A stretch of 47,311 nucleotides of DNA from a virus, in the UHGV virus genome UHGV-1541059. The stretch is one strand, 5' to 3'. Below are positions 1 to 9,303 of this stretch, piece after piece; within the stretch, counting starts at the first letter, position 1, and each line of letters opens with the position of its first letter. A model generated the notes under the pieces. It was not told where the DNA came from and made no database searches. It saw only the letters and a list, made by a program, of their open reading frames with translations. The position numbers and the translations under genes are program-made.

Positions 1-126
1 CCGTTCTCTCTTAAGACAAACGTGGGTAAATCCCCGGACCTATCGGCAGACCAACAAGATACCACGCCAGCAACATCAGCAGCCATACCACCAAAAAGAT
101 AAGCGGATAACGCCATTTCTATCATT

Positions 127-209
127 TCACATCGTGTCACATCGTCACCGCTTCATCTTGATTTTAAAAGAAATATTTATTCTATCGTGTCATATCGTTT
201 TCTATCGTG
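127..209. repeat. Direct repeats of TCACATCGTG / TCTATCGTG-like 9-10-mers immediately upstream of integrase; candidate integrase arm-type or regulatory sites
   Basis: tcacatcgtg tcacatcgtc at 127-146; tctatcgtg at 181-189 and 201-209; tcatatcgt at 190-198. Confidence 0.3.
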
Positions 210-254
210 ATACTATCCATGCGTAAAATGTGTGTACCAAATAGTGACCAAATT

Positions 255-1454
255 ATGCTTACAGATACCAAATTACGAAACATCCACGGCAAGCCATATG
301 ACGGCCCGGAAGAAGTCCCGGACGCGGGCGGATTGTCTGCCAGGATAAGCCCGCGCGGAGTTATATCTTTCCAGTATCGCTACCGATTCAACGGCAAGCC
401 TCGACGGATGAAGATCGGCACATACGGAGAAATAACACTCAAAGAAGCCCGCGCGGCGGTGGCGGAGCATAAGGAAGTCTTAAACTCAGGACGAGATCCA
501 TCGATCGTAAAAAGAATGAACTTGTCACGCGTTACGACACGGGCAACGATTGAAGATATTGTTAGGGAGTACATGGAATCACCGCAGGCAAGAAACATGG
601 TCAACTATAAGCAAGTCGATGCGATGCTAAGTAAGCACATTGTCAGACCATGCGGTAGCTATATCGTCGATGATATGGACTCCATAATGTGGGAGGGGAT
701 TTTTAGAAAGGTAGCTAATGGTGGCGCGCCCGTTCAGGCCGGGATAGTCTTAAACAGGATGAAGGCGGTGATAAAATATGCCATGCGCCGCCGCCGCGTG
801 GAGCGTGACGACATATCATTACTACGCGTGAAAGACGTAGGCAAAAACCCGGCGCAAAGAAAACGCGTCTTATCAATACAAGAGATTCACCATCTAATCA
901 GCATTATAGACAGTTCAAAAATGGCGCGGCTAAATCAGATATTGATGAAGCTGATTATATTCACCGGATGCAGAACAAGCGAACTAACAAACGCAAGGCG
1001 CGAGCATTTCGATCTTGATAACTGTGTGTGGACCGTGCCGGGCGCATTGAGTAAGAACAGAAACGAGTTTAAACGCGGTTTATCCGACGTTAGCGTAGGT
1101 TTATTGCGTGAAGCTATGGATTTGCACGGCTTTAATTTTATCTTCGTTCCCGTGCTTTCTGGAAGGGATGAAGCGGTAGACAGGAGCGTACCGAAAACAG
1201 CCGCAAGGGATTTGATGCTAAGGATGGGCGGCGAGCCGTGGTCGTGTCACGATCTACGCCGCACTGTAAGGACAAACCTTTCAGCGCTTGGCATTGCGCC
1301 GCACGTAGCCGAAAAGGTCTTAGGTCATAAACTGGCGGGAATGATGGCTATATATGATCAGTATGATTACGTGAAGGAGCAAATCGAGGCGATGAATAAA
1401 CTGGCTGATTACTACATGAAGCCCATAGATTTACAAAATGAAATAACGTCCTGA
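255..1454 (+). CDS. int: Phage tyrosine integrase (P4-like, N-terminal arm-binding domain)
   Basis: N-terminus MLTDTKLRN...GGLSARISPRGVISFQYRYRF typical of P4-type integrases; C-terminal HDLRRT and AIYDQY catalytic region; track ORF 207 (GTG) trimmed to ATG 255. Confidence 0.88.
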   Translation: MLTDTKLRNIHGKPYDGPEEVPDAGGLSARISPRGVISFQYRYRFNGKPRRMKIGTYGEITLKEARAAVAEHKEVLNSGRDPSIVKRMNLSRVTTRATIEDIVREYMESPQARNMVNYKQVDAMLSKHIVRPCGSYIVDDMDSIMWEGIFRKVANGGAPVQAGIVLNRMKAVIKYAMRRRRVERDDISLLRVKDVGKNPAQRKRVLSIQEIHHLISIIDSSKMARLNQILMKLIIFTGCRTSELTNARREHFDLDNCVWTVPGALSKNRNEFKRGLSDVSVGLLREAMDLHGFNFIFVPVLSGRDEAVDRSVPKTAARDLMLRMGGEPWSCHDLRRTVRTNLSALGIAPHVAEKVLGHKLAGMMAIYDQYDYVKEQIEAMNKLADYYMKPIDLQNEITS

Positions 1455-1630
1455 TAACGGTAAAGAGATCCGCCGCGCTTTAATGCTGGCATCCCCTTAA
1501 CAGGTTCAGGGAAAGGAGTTCCCGCATCTTTCCATTTTTTAACGAGCTTAAAAAAGGCGGACTTGCTAAGCCCGCCTAACATTTTTTGCACTTGCTCGCG
1601 ATTAATAAGTATTGTGCCGATCTTATCCAT
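1412..1630 (-). CDS. xis: Excisionase / AlpA-like small DNA-binding protein
   Basis: 72 aa basic protein (REQVQKMLGGLSKSAFFKLVKKWKDAGTPFPEPVK) resembling Xis/AlpA winged-helix proteins; adjacent to int. Confidence 0.5.
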   Translation of the reverse strand: MDKIGTILINREQVQKMLGGLSKSAFFKLVKKWKDAGTPFPEPVKGMPALKRGGSLYRYQDVISFCKSMGFM

Positions 1631-2280
1631 TACTTATCACCATTGTAATTAGTAAAAGGAATATCGCCATTAATAATGGCTTTTGCCATATTGCGATAAT
1701 CACGCGAATAATCGTTTTCAGTTGAAAAATTAATATCGTCGGCGGCATCACTTCCCATCACTTCACCCGCCAGAGCCTTAGCAATTTTCGCAATAGCCTT
1801 ATCGATTGGGTTAACGTGCAAAAAATAATTGTAGATACCCCATCTGATCGTGGACTCGACAGATTCAGAGCCTTTCTCAACATAAACACCGTATTCACTG
1901 CCGATGAATTTAAACATGATTGTTCCGTAGTGATAACCATCAGAAAAATAACAATCAAGCCACACGCCGCATGGCGGCTTTTCTCCTGGCTTCCATTCCG
2001 TTTTTTCTGGTTGCGTTTCGCAGTCGCAGCGTTCATCTTCGATTAATTCATCAATAACTTCACTTTCTTTATTCATACCGTCATCATCCTTTTCAGAGAA
2101 ACGTATAAAGCGCCACGTATTAGCCATCAACGTATAAGATTCGCCGCCAACCTTAGATCCTGCGTAATACTCCGTACCAAAATCGTAATAGCTCGAAAAC
2201 GTTGTCACTTCGAAAGGCGGAATATCAACGCGGAACCTGTGAAGCATTGTGCCTATTGCACGAGGTGTTTTATTTGCCAT
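1630..2280 (-). CDS. Hypothetical phage protein (216 aa)
   Basis: Long ORF in co-directional gene string; no recognisable motif. Confidence 0.5.
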   Translation of the reverse strand: MANKTPRAIGTMLHRFRVDIPPFEVTTFSSYYDFGTEYYAGSKVGGESYTLMANTWRFIRFSEKDDDGMNKESEVIDELIEDERCDCETQPEKTEWKPGEKPPCGVWLDCYFSDGYHYGTIMFKFIGSEYGVYVEKGSESVESTIRWGIYNYFLHVNPIDKAIAKIAKALAGEVMGSDAADDINFSTENDYSRDYRNMAKAIINGDIPFTNYNGDK

Positions 2281-2281
2281 A

Positions 2282-2458
2282 TTACGCCACCGTTACATTG
2301 TCAACTTTGATAAAGTATTCAGGGTGATTTTCTATTTCGTGCTTGAAGTGCGCGTGACACAATCGCCACTCCCGCGCCTGGTTGTGGAAGTAATAAACAT
2401 ATTCGCCATCAACCTTATACAAAATTCCTGTAGGTTTAGCCATGTAATAACGCGCCAT
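2282..2458 (-). CDS. Hypothetical small protein
   Basis: Start moved to internal Met (MARYYMAKP...) preceded by GGGGG RBS, abutting the NinB stop. Confidence 0.4.
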   Translation of the reverse strand: MARYYMAKPTGILYKVDGEYVYYFHNQAREWRLCHAHFKHEIENHPEYFIKVDNVTVA

Positions 2459-2460
2459 TA

Positions 2461-2889
2461 TTACCCCCAGCGTTTTATGAATTCCTCGTTTAATTTCGTA
2501 TCGCCAGACCATTGAACATCATGTTCAGCGCCGAACGAGTAGATCAGCTCGATTAGTTCACTGAATTCTGATTTACTCATCCGGCTGGTTGATGTCCCCA
2601 ATACAACAAAGCCGGATTTATCCAGGTTAGGGACGACGCCATATTTCTTAAGTCCGGCAGTGAATACCGCTTTCCAGTCTTCCGGAGACAGCTTTTTACC
2701 GTACCAATTAACCTGATCGCTAATGTCGGTTAACAGCGCCCAAAGCAACGCGTTTTGACTCAGCGAGCGGGTTTTCTCCTGGATGGTAATTATCAGCGGG
2801 CTTTTGCTATCAGGCTGGATCTCTCTTATCTGCCTGATAGCATTTTCTTTCACGGCGTCGTTTACTATCTCAAATCTAATTTGCCTCAT
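2461..2889 (-). CDS. ninB: NinB (Orf) recombination mediator
   Basis: Sequence pattern ...IQEKTRSLSQNALLWALLTDISDQVNWYGKKLSPEDWKAVFTAGLKK...VVPNL..GFVVLGTSTSRM matches the lambda NinB/Orf family as recalled. Confidence 0.78.
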   Translation of the reverse strand: MRQIRFEIVNDAVKENAIRQIREIQPDSKSPLIITIQEKTRSLSQNALLWALLTDISDQVNWYGKKLSPEDWKAVFTAGLKKYGVVPNLDKSGFVVLGTSTSRMSKSEFSELIELIYSFGAEHDVQWSGDTKLNEEFIKRWG

Positions 2890-3083
2890 AATACACCGTT
2901 GCTATTTTTCCATTGCGCCCGTGCGTACATAATCGCCTGCAAAGAAATTAGCCGCGAGCTTGTCATGAAAGCGCCTTTTAAATATTTCATGTCAACCGTG
3001 ACAGGTTTATCAGGATCATCGCCGCGCATGTATTCAGCAATAGTGCTTAAATCCTCCACGGTTAACTCCAAATCCTTGTTCAT
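2886..3083 (-). CDS. Hypothetical small protein (65 aa)
   Basis: Co-directional ORF, stop/start coupled to neighbours. Confidence 0.4.
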   Translation of the reverse strand: MNKDLELTVEDLSTIAEYMRGDDPDKPVTVDMKYLKGAFMTSSRLISLQAIMYARAQWKNSNGVL

Positions 3084-3092
3084 AATTCCCCC

Positions 3093-3299
3093 TTACACAA
3101 TCCGCATTGTGTTTCGTAATTCCCCACGCAGCGCCCGTAATGCATCGCGCATTGGCACGAAAACACAGTTAAATTTTACGTGTTTATATTTCCGCATTAG
3201 TGGCGGTGTATACACCATTGCGTCGTATACTTCCCACGGATAATAAACACGCGTATCATCAACAAACGTTTCAACTGAATAAAAGATTACTCGTCTCAT
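3093..3299 (-). CDS. Hypothetical small protein (68 aa)
   Basis: Co-directional ORF in early-left operon. Confidence 0.4.
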   Translation of the reverse strand: MRRVIFYSVETFVDDTRVYYPWEVYDAMVYTPPLMRKYKHVKFNCVFVPMRDALRALRGELRNTMRIV

Positions 3300-3853
3300 A
3301 ATTCTAACCCCGTTTCCCCGTTAAGTTTTTCGATCTCAAATACTGGTTTATCCGGTAGCAGTCTGTTATTTTTCCGGTATTCGTTCAGGCGGCTGTCAAA
3401 GTCAAACGCGAGATCATTTGCGTGACCGAAGCGCCCAGGTTTAAACAGTGAGTAAAAATTAAGGCCATGTTTATTGGTATCGATGCAAAGTGTTTCATCC
3501 AGTACCATTAAACGCAGCGTGCGCGAAAGATAATTCCACGGAATACCAGTTTCCGCGCTAATGTCACGCATACGCTTTTTAACGCTGTAGTCACTAAATA
3601 ATGCCGCCACACGATCACGCCGTTGTGCATACAAATATTTAATTCGATACCCCAATAAGCGGCGGCGCGGTCCGAAATATGTATATACACGCTCGACAAT
3701 GCCAGTATCAATCAAGTGTTTAATTGTCTCAGGCAAACATCCGGCTTCGTCATATTCCGCTGATAATCCGGTTTTCTGGCGTAGCTGGTGCATTGTTGCG
3801 ATGCCGTCCAGTTCAAGGATATTGATAACTTTTGTTTCAAGTTCAATGCTCAT
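3296..3853 (-). CDS. Hypothetical protein (about 185 aa)
   Basis: ORF between DnaB and NinB; start set at MSIELETKV (track ORF extends to 3889). Confidence 0.45.
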   Translation of the reverse strand: MSIELETKVINILELDGIATMHQLRQKTGLSAEYDEAGCLPETIKHLIDTGIVERVYTYFGPRRRLLGYRIKYLYAQRRDRVAALFSDYSVKKRMRDISAETGIPWNYLSRTLRLMVLDETLCIDTNKHGLNFYSLFKPGRFGHANDLAFDFDSRLNEYRKNNRLLPDKPVFEIEKLNGETGLEL

Positions 3854-3931
3854 TGTTTTTCGCCTCGTTTTAAGCGCGAAAACAGCCACCAGAAAGCGGT
3901 AACTTTCCGGTAAGCCGTTTGCTCAAGTTAA

Positions 3932-5353
3932 TTAAAAAGATGCGTTATTCTGGTTGTTTCGTGGGGAGAATCGGCTTGTCGCCGGACGTTGTTGCATTGA
4001 CTGGATACAAGCTGACGCCGCGCGTGCCTGGTCGCATGGTAAAATGTTGCCGTTGTCGTCAAACCGCTGGTAAACAGTCCCCGTTTTCCCGTGACGGTTT
4101 TTTGAAACGATGATCTCCATGTATTCGCGGGCAACTGATTGTTCGTTGTAGTAGCCGTCGCGGTAGACCATGATGATCCGGTCTGCGTCTTGTTCAAGAT
4201 TACCGGAATCACGCAGATCGGAATTGTTCGGGCGCTTGTTCGGTCGTTCCTCAACGCGGCGGGATAATTGCGCCAGCGCCGCCACTGGCACGCGCAACTC
4301 TTTCGCCATCATTTTCAATGACCACGACAATTGCCCTACGGCGAGATCATGACGTTCGGCCTTAGCCAGCTTCATTAACCCGATGTAGTCAATCATTACC
4401 ATTCCCAGGTTAGGATGGTCCTGTTTCATCCGTTCGACGGTGGCGCGTATTTCCTCGACCGTTAACTGTGATGCGTCAACAATCCACACATCGAGATCGG
4501 CAAGGGCGCTCATTCCCTGGGCGACGTGCGCCCATCCTTCATCATCAAGTTTTACCGGATTACGTAGGCAATCCGTTGATAAGTTCCCAGCGCCAGCGAT
4601 CGCGCGTTCAGTCATCTGATCGAGTGACATTTCAAGCGTGAACAGTAAAACGCCTACCCGCTGACCTTCTCCGCCAGGGTATGGACGTTCAGCCGCCGCG
4701 CGGGCAATTGCCAGCGCCAATGCCGATTTACCAGACCCAGGGCGTCCGGCGATAAGTACCAGATCAGTAGCGTTAATGCCGCCTAACATTTCGTCGAGTG
4801 GGTCAATCCCTGTTTTGATGTTGTCAGAGTTCACGCCACACTCCATGCGTTTACTTAGCACTTCCGTGTATTCCTGGACCGCATCGCGCAACAGCACCGG
4901 GATAATCTTGTCTTTCGTTACTTTTAATTTTGAATACCGGGAATCAAAATATTTCATCGTCTCCCTGACAACTTCAAGCGTCCCGGTTTCCAGTTTGTAG
5001 CGAATATCTTCCATCAGTTCCAACATTTGCCGACGCTGATATTCCTCCTGTAATAGCGCGGCGTACCCCTTCAGGTTGGCAGCAGATGGACACGATCGCG
5101 CCGTTTGCATTAGCGGGACAAAATTTTCGTTACCGATTTCATCACCGACCATCAGAGCGTCAATAAGGTTTCTGTTTCTTGCTTGCGCCCGGATGATCTC
5201 AAACGCTCGTTTATATAGTGGAATGGTGAAGACTTCAGGATCGAGCGTAGCAAGAACATCTTGCGCGTTAGGAGTAAGCCCGCCCAACAGGAGGCCACCT
5301 ATCACAGCCGCTTCCCGTTCCTGGCGTAATGAGTTTATTTGCTCAGTCACCAT
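3932..5353 (-). CDS. dnaB: DnaB-family replicative DNA helicase
   Basis: Walker A GRPGSGKSALALAIA, DnaB-type N-terminal domain, C-terminal RecA-like core; GGAGG RBS. Confidence 0.9.
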   Translation of the reverse strand: MVTEQINSLRQEREAAVIGGLLLGGLTPNAQDVLATLDPEVFTIPLYKRAFEIIRAQARNRNLIDALMVGDEIGNENFVPLMQTARSCPSAANLKGYAALLQEEYQRRQMLELMEDIRYKLETGTLEVVRETMKYFDSRYSKLKVTKDKIIPVLLRDAVQEYTEVLSKRMECGVNSDNIKTGIDPLDEMLGGINATDLVLIAGRPGSGKSALALAIARAAAERPYPGGEGQRVGVLLFTLEMSLDQMTERAIAGAGNLSTDCLRNPVKLDDEGWAHVAQGMSALADLDVWIVDASQLTVEEIRATVERMKQDHPNLGMVMIDYIGLMKLAKAERHDLAVGQLSWSLKMMAKELRVPVAALAQLSRRVEERPNKRPNNSDLRDSGNLEQDADRIIMVYRDGYYNEQSVAREYMEIIVSKNRHGKTGTVYQRFDDNGNILPCDQARAASACIQSMQQRPATSRFSPRNNQNNASF

Positions 5354-5371
5354 TATGGTATAGCCTCCGGT

Positions 5372-6490
5372 TTACAAAATGGAATATTCAGGGTAATAAA
5401 CAAAGCGCCCGATCTCCCCGTGATCAGGACTGTAAATTATTACCGCCGCCAGCCGCCGCGACCGCCAGCCGCCATTCGTTGAATAAGCGTCTTTGCCAGC
5501 TAACGTGCCGTGGTACTCAACAACGCCCAACGATGATTCAATCAGCCGTTGGTGATGCCAGTGTCCACAATGAGCGTAAACAGACGACGACTTGCCGAAA
5601 TCCTCCCGCCAGTCAGAAACGCAGGCAGAAAGTAAATTTTCTGGCTTTTTGATAGTGTGCCCGTGGTGGTAAGCAAGAAATGTTTTGCCGTACTGTGTGT
5701 GATGGACGATAGCAGGTGACACATCAACCGTCACACGCGGTTCATCTTCGTAAAAAGCCGCCAGCGCAGCACGTAGCCAGATCATACCTGATTGGTCGTG
5801 ATTACCGGATAATACCTGGATCTCGACATCCTTATGATTTAGTAACATCTTCCCGACCGCACGCCGGACCGACCGGATCGCCACATAAACCAGTTTTGCG
5901 TAGCGTGAATCACAATCTAAAACGTGATTACTTGATGGCGTCACTGGTAACAGGCCGTCAGTGTGAAGCACATCACCGCCGAGAAGCAAAACAGCCTTTT
6001 CAGACATTGGCGCAGCGCCTACCGCGTAGTCGAAGAAGTCATTTAGCACGCGTTCAGCGATCCCGGTGTCGTAGCTCTCACCGCATTCAGCTTTATGAGC
6101 AAGCGCCCCGATATGCAGATCGAATACCGGATAAAGGGCCAGGCTTTTTTGAAAATCAATTTCCGGCACTGGCACGGCCTCCGCGCGGGGTATTTCTTCC
6201 GTGAAGGCGTCACAAGCAGATTGCATTAGCATTTCCATTTCATCGCGGTCACGGGCTGTTTTAATCCAGCTCATAATCACATTGCCATCCTTATCGACGA
6301 GCAATGACTCAGCATTGACGCCAAAACCCGGTGCGCGGCGCGTGGATATTAAACCGCGTTTCGCCAACCGTGCGCCCAGGCGTTCGACGTTGCGTTTTGC
6401 CATGCCATATTTTTCTGCGATCTGTTTATACGTCAGACCGTTATTATGTTCAGCGATTAACTGTTCATCGCTGATCTTTCTTTGTGACAT
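5372..6490 (-). CDS. Protein with N-terminal HTH fused to a calcineurin-like metallophosphoesterase domain
   Basis: HTH LTYKQIAEKYGMAKRNVERL; phosphoesterase motifs DLH, GGDVLHTDG, GNHD, HCGHWHH; GGAGG RBS. Confidence 0.6.
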   Translation of the reverse strand: MSQRKISDEQLIAEHNNGLTYKQIAEKYGMAKRNVERLGARLAKRGLISTRRAPGFGVNAESLLVDKDGNVIMSWIKTARDRDEMEMLMQSACDAFTEEIPRAEAVPVPEIDFQKSLALYPVFDLHIGALAHKAECGESYDTGIAERVLNDFFDYAVGAAPMSEKAVLLLGGDVLHTDGLLPVTPSSNHVLDCDSRYAKLVYVAIRSVRRAVGKMLLNHKDVEIQVLSGNHDQSGMIWLRAALAAFYEDEPRVTVDVSPAIVHHTQYGKTFLAYHHGHTIKKPENLLSACVSDWREDFGKSSSVYAHCGHWHHQRLIESSLGVVEYHGTLAGKDAYSTNGGWRSRRLAAVIIYSPDHGEIGRFVYYPEYSIL

Positions 6491-6651
6491 AACGTTAATT
6501 CCTCCGGTTTACAGAATGTATATTTATTTTCCGTAAAACGCGCTACAACGCAAAAACCCACCGCGTAACCCACTTGTAAGGGTGCAGTGTCTTTTTTGCG
6601 CCAGAAGCGCAATCAGGTGGCTAATTTTCGATTTTTAAAGTAGAAGGGTAG

Positions 6652-6753
6652 TTATGGATTAACTTGTAGATACAAGCCGCCGAACAAGGCGACGTTAACA
6701 GCGATAGCCATCGCGATCGCGAAAGCCAGGGCGAACATGCGTTTACCGTTCAT
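6652..6753 (-). CDS. Candidate 33-aa hydrophobic peptide (MNGKRMFALAFAIAMAIAVNVALFGGLYLQVNP)
   Basis: AGAGG RBS about 9 nt upstream of ATG, inside an otherwise non-coding 396-bp gap of the replication operon. Confidence 0.3.
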   Translation of the reverse strand: MNGKRMFALAFAIAMAIAVNVALFGGLYLQVNP

Positions 6754-6886
6754 AGCTAAATCCTCTCTGAAACGCTCCATAACGAGCTAATCGCAAAAAG
6801 GTAAGCAAGTGTAGCACCCCATGCGATTTAGCTCGCTGATGAGGTTGTTTTGTGGGTAATTTGGGATTTTTGCGGATCGTGATTGG

Positions 6887-7939
6887 TCAAAGAACGCCAG
6901 CGCGCGTATCACGTAGCGTTTTTGGTTTAAGCAGAAAATCAAGTGTCGCAGTGAAGCCATTGCCGAAGTAAAAATCTGAAGCCGTGTTTTTGAACGTTTC
7001 GAAGTAGGTGACAAAGCCGTTAATGCTTTTGTCTTTCAGGTAGTCAGTGAACGCATAGATCTTGCGTTCAAGATCCCGATCCAGTTCGGCAGGTGGTAAC
7101 AGGCCGTCAAACGTGCTGTTAAATGCTTCCACCACGTCGGCAGCGTTTACAGTAGCTGATAGCTTGCGCCATTGTTCAGCATCAGCCAAATACCCATCAA
7201 ACTTAGTTACCCGGCAAATGTTGATAGGCTTAGGTACTCCACCACGGCTACGCCATTGGGTTAAAGCCCACTCAATCACTAATGTGATCTCATCCTCCGT
7301 ATACGCTTTACGTGTTTTTGTTTCTGTCAGTAGTTCTACGAATGGCTTAGCATCACGACATTTGCATCCTGCCTTGTCGTTGTAGAAGGCAAGGCAACGC
7401 AATGCCGCTTCGTTTACGCCATCCTGATTGACCATTTTTTGTTCATTTTCGACAATACACGAAGTGTATATATCTTTTTCTCTTTCTTTTTCTACTTCTA
7501 ATTCTAATTCATGACCCTTTCCTGACCCGGTCATGACCCTATCATGACCTTTTTGTGTTGGATTGATTAACTTTTCTAATTTTAATTGCTCCTTCGCTGT
7601 GTTTATGGCGGCCCTGTAAGCGCTTTTAGAAGTCATTGATTGGTCCAGCCTTTTCAATAACTTTAAACAAGTTATGTGGCCTTGAGAACATTCAAACAAA
7701 CCAATTTCGATGAAGTATTTCATCATTTCTTCTATACGTTTTTCAGTAGATCCGACGTTTCGCGCAATTATTCTTGCGTCATGTCGTAGGTCAAAAGTTA
7801 GATTGTGCTGATCTACGTCATAAGTTATTAGTTCTAGGCAATACCAATAAAGCCCGTACCCTTCCAGGCCATAATCTAATAAAACGTTTTGAAGTTTTTC
7901 ATCGCGGTTCGCATCGCTATCATGCTTAAACCACTTCAT
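6887..7939 (-). CDS. Phage replication initiation / replisome organizer protein
   Basis: N-terminus MKWFKHDSDANRDEKLQNVLLDYGLEGYGLYWYCLEL typical of phage replisome-organizer N-terminal domain; GGAGG RBS; upstream of DnaB. Confidence 0.65.
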   Translation of the reverse strand: MKWFKHDSDANRDEKLQNVLLDYGLEGYGLYWYCLELITYDVDQHNLTFDLRHDARIIARNVGSTEKRIEEMMKYFIEIGLFECSQGHITCLKLLKRLDQSMTSKSAYRAAINTAKEQLKLEKLINPTQKGHDRVMTGSGKGHELELEVEKEREKDIYTSCIVENEQKMVNQDGVNEAALRCLAFYNDKAGCKCRDAKPFVELLTETKTRKAYTEDEITLVIEWALTQWRSRGGVPKPINICRVTKFDGYLADAEQWRKLSATVNAADVVEAFNSTFDGLLPPAELDRDLERKIYAFTDYLKDKSINGFVTYFETFKNTASDFYFGNGFTATLDFLLKPKTLRDTRAGVL

Positions 7940-7942
7940 AGA

Positions 7943-8197
7943 TCATTCCTCCGGCAATGCAATATCATAAATGTCGCCGTATTCGTCAGCGCGTTTAATG
8001 AATCCTTTGCGGATCAATGAATTTAATGCGTCAACAGTAGTATGCAGTGGCAGTTCGCACACTTTTGCGATCTCTTCGCGTGAAGCATGTGCGCGGCCTT
8101 TGTTGTCTGCCTTTTCTGCAAACGCAATTAAGACAAGTTTTTGGATCGGGCTGTTAAGTTTTACGTTCCATGCTTCATTCATCATGTGCATACTCAT
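7943..8197 (-). CDS. Small winged-HTH DNA-binding protein, first gene of leftward operon (Cro-like position)
   Basis: LVLIAFAEKADNKG...ASREEIAKVCELPLHTTVDALNSLIRKGFI resembles the HTH_36 fold; AGGAG RBS. Confidence 0.55.
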   Translation of the reverse strand: MSMHMMNEAWNVKLNSPIQKLVLIAFAEKADNKGRAHASREEIAKVCELPLHTTVDALNSLIRKGFIKRADEYGDIYDIALPEE

Positions 8198-8306
8198 CTT
8201 GTTTTTCTCCTATGGTTAGAGTGAACGCGCGGGCGGGCATCCCATTAGCATTAGATAGCAGTGACTGACCGCTCAACAGATCCCGCCGTTGCGTGATATT
8301 TGTTTT

Positions 8307-8339
8307 TCGCTTCGCAGCGACACCGGATTTTTAAAGAGC
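8307..8339 (-). promoter_or_regulatory. nutR-like element (boxA-like GCTCTTTAAAAA plus GNRA-loop hairpin) on the leftward transcript
   Basis: Minus strand reads GCTCTTTAAAAATCCGGTG then hairpin TCGCT-GCGA-AGCGA; lies between divergent promoter region and first leftward gene. Confidence 0.35.
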
Positions 8340-8417
8340 TTAAGGTAAGTGCCTTTTTGTGCCTTCCGTTATCTTTTTCCTTGCGTCTTTGCAAGTATGG
8401 CCTTACCTTGTCTGCAA

Positions 8418-8430
8418 GTTTACAAAATGG
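8418..8430 (+). promoter_or_regulatory. Copy of recurrent motif GTTTACAAAATGG in the divergent cI / leftward-operon control region
   Basis: Exact 13-mer; candidate promoter hexamers on both strands nearby. Confidence 0.4.
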
Positions 8431-8503
8431 AATTTTAAGATCAAGGCTTAAAATACACGTTTTGTGACTTGCATCAAACTTTTTGAGGTTATAGGGTAGC
8501 GAC

Positions 8504-9151
8504 ATGAAAACAAAATGGTATGACTTAGCAAAGCAGCTCATGCGGGCGCAGGGCATGAGTCAGGATTCACTCGCAGATCTCATGGGGATAACTAAAGGCG
8601 GCCTGTCACACTGGCTTAACGGTCGCCGCGAGCCAAATCTTGAAGATATTGCGCGGATTATGCGGGCGCTTGGGCGTCGTCAGTTCACTGTTACACATGA
8701 TGGTATGGTCATTGATGATTCTGTTTCTAATACACTTCAGGCCGCACCGCCGCGTGATTTAGGTAGTTACCCGGTTATTGACTGGAAGGACACAGTAAAC
8801 AATATGGATGACACAAGGCGATCAGCATTACCACACGTTACGACTAGCGTTATTTGTTCAGATGATAGTTACTGGCTGGTTGCCAAAGGTGAATCAATGA
8901 ACGCGCCGCAGGGGTTAAGCATCCCGGCGGGGACGATGATACTTGTTGACCCGCACGCGCCAGCTATTGACGGCAAACTGGTTATAGCCCAGCTTGAGGA
9001 AGGGCAGATACCGACGTTTAAACAGTTGATTATTGATGGAGGTCAAAGGCTTTTACGTTCGCTCAATCCTCTGTATCCGCCAATCCCTATGAATCCAGAA
9101 TCAAAAATTATAGGCGTGGTGGTTGATGCGAAGATCGTAAACCTGCCATAA
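8504..9151 (+). CDS. cI: CI-like repressor (HTH plus S24 LexA-type autopeptidase domain)
   Basis: N-terminal HTH (MSQDSLADLMGITKGGLSHWLNG), C-terminal S24 motifs (GESM ... DGKLVIAQL ... FKQL). Confidence 0.85.
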   Translation: MKTKWYDLAKQLMRAQGMSQDSLADLMGITKGGLSHWLNGRREPNLEDIARIMRALGRRQFTVTHDGMVIDDSVSNTLQAAPPRDLGSYPVIDWKDTVNNMDDTRRSALPHVTTSVICSDDSYWLVAKGESMNAPQGLSIPAGTMILVDPHAPAIDGKLVIAQLEEGQIPTFKQLIIDGGQRLLRSLNPLYPPIPMNPESKIIGVVVDAKIVNLP

Positions 9152-9156
9152 ACATT

Positions 9157-9182
9157 AGCCGCCGGATGGCGGCTTTTCTTTG
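9157..9182 (+). terminator. Intrinsic terminator after cI
   Basis: 7-bp GC stem (agccgcc-ggat-ggcggct) followed by TTTTCTTT. Confidence 0.6.
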
Positions 9183-9260
9183 CCTGGAAAACGCCAAAAC
9201 GTAAACAGAAAACGTTATTTATTGTTTAAATATCAATGACATATAAAATATTTTAAAAAA

Positions 9261-9303
9261 GTATACAAAATGGATTGACTCGATGTTTTACGGGGCGTAT
9301 ATT
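9261..9303 (+). promoter_or_regulatory. Strong sigma70 promoter (pL-like) with the 13-bp motif abutting the -35
   Basis: GTATACAAAATGG-a-TTGACT-17 bp-TATATT. Confidence 0.55.

Noticed and set aside
1-206. Possible tRNA or tmRNA 3' end at the attachment site
   Set aside because: No acceptor-stem or T-loop-like sequence (GTTCRANYC) could be recognised by eye; cannot be supported without a tRNA scan.
8251-8556. 101-aa minus-strand ORF spanning the cI start and the divergent promoter region
   Set aside because: Overlaps the cI start codon and the promoter/nut-like region; no RBS; best explained as chance ORF in regulatory DNA.
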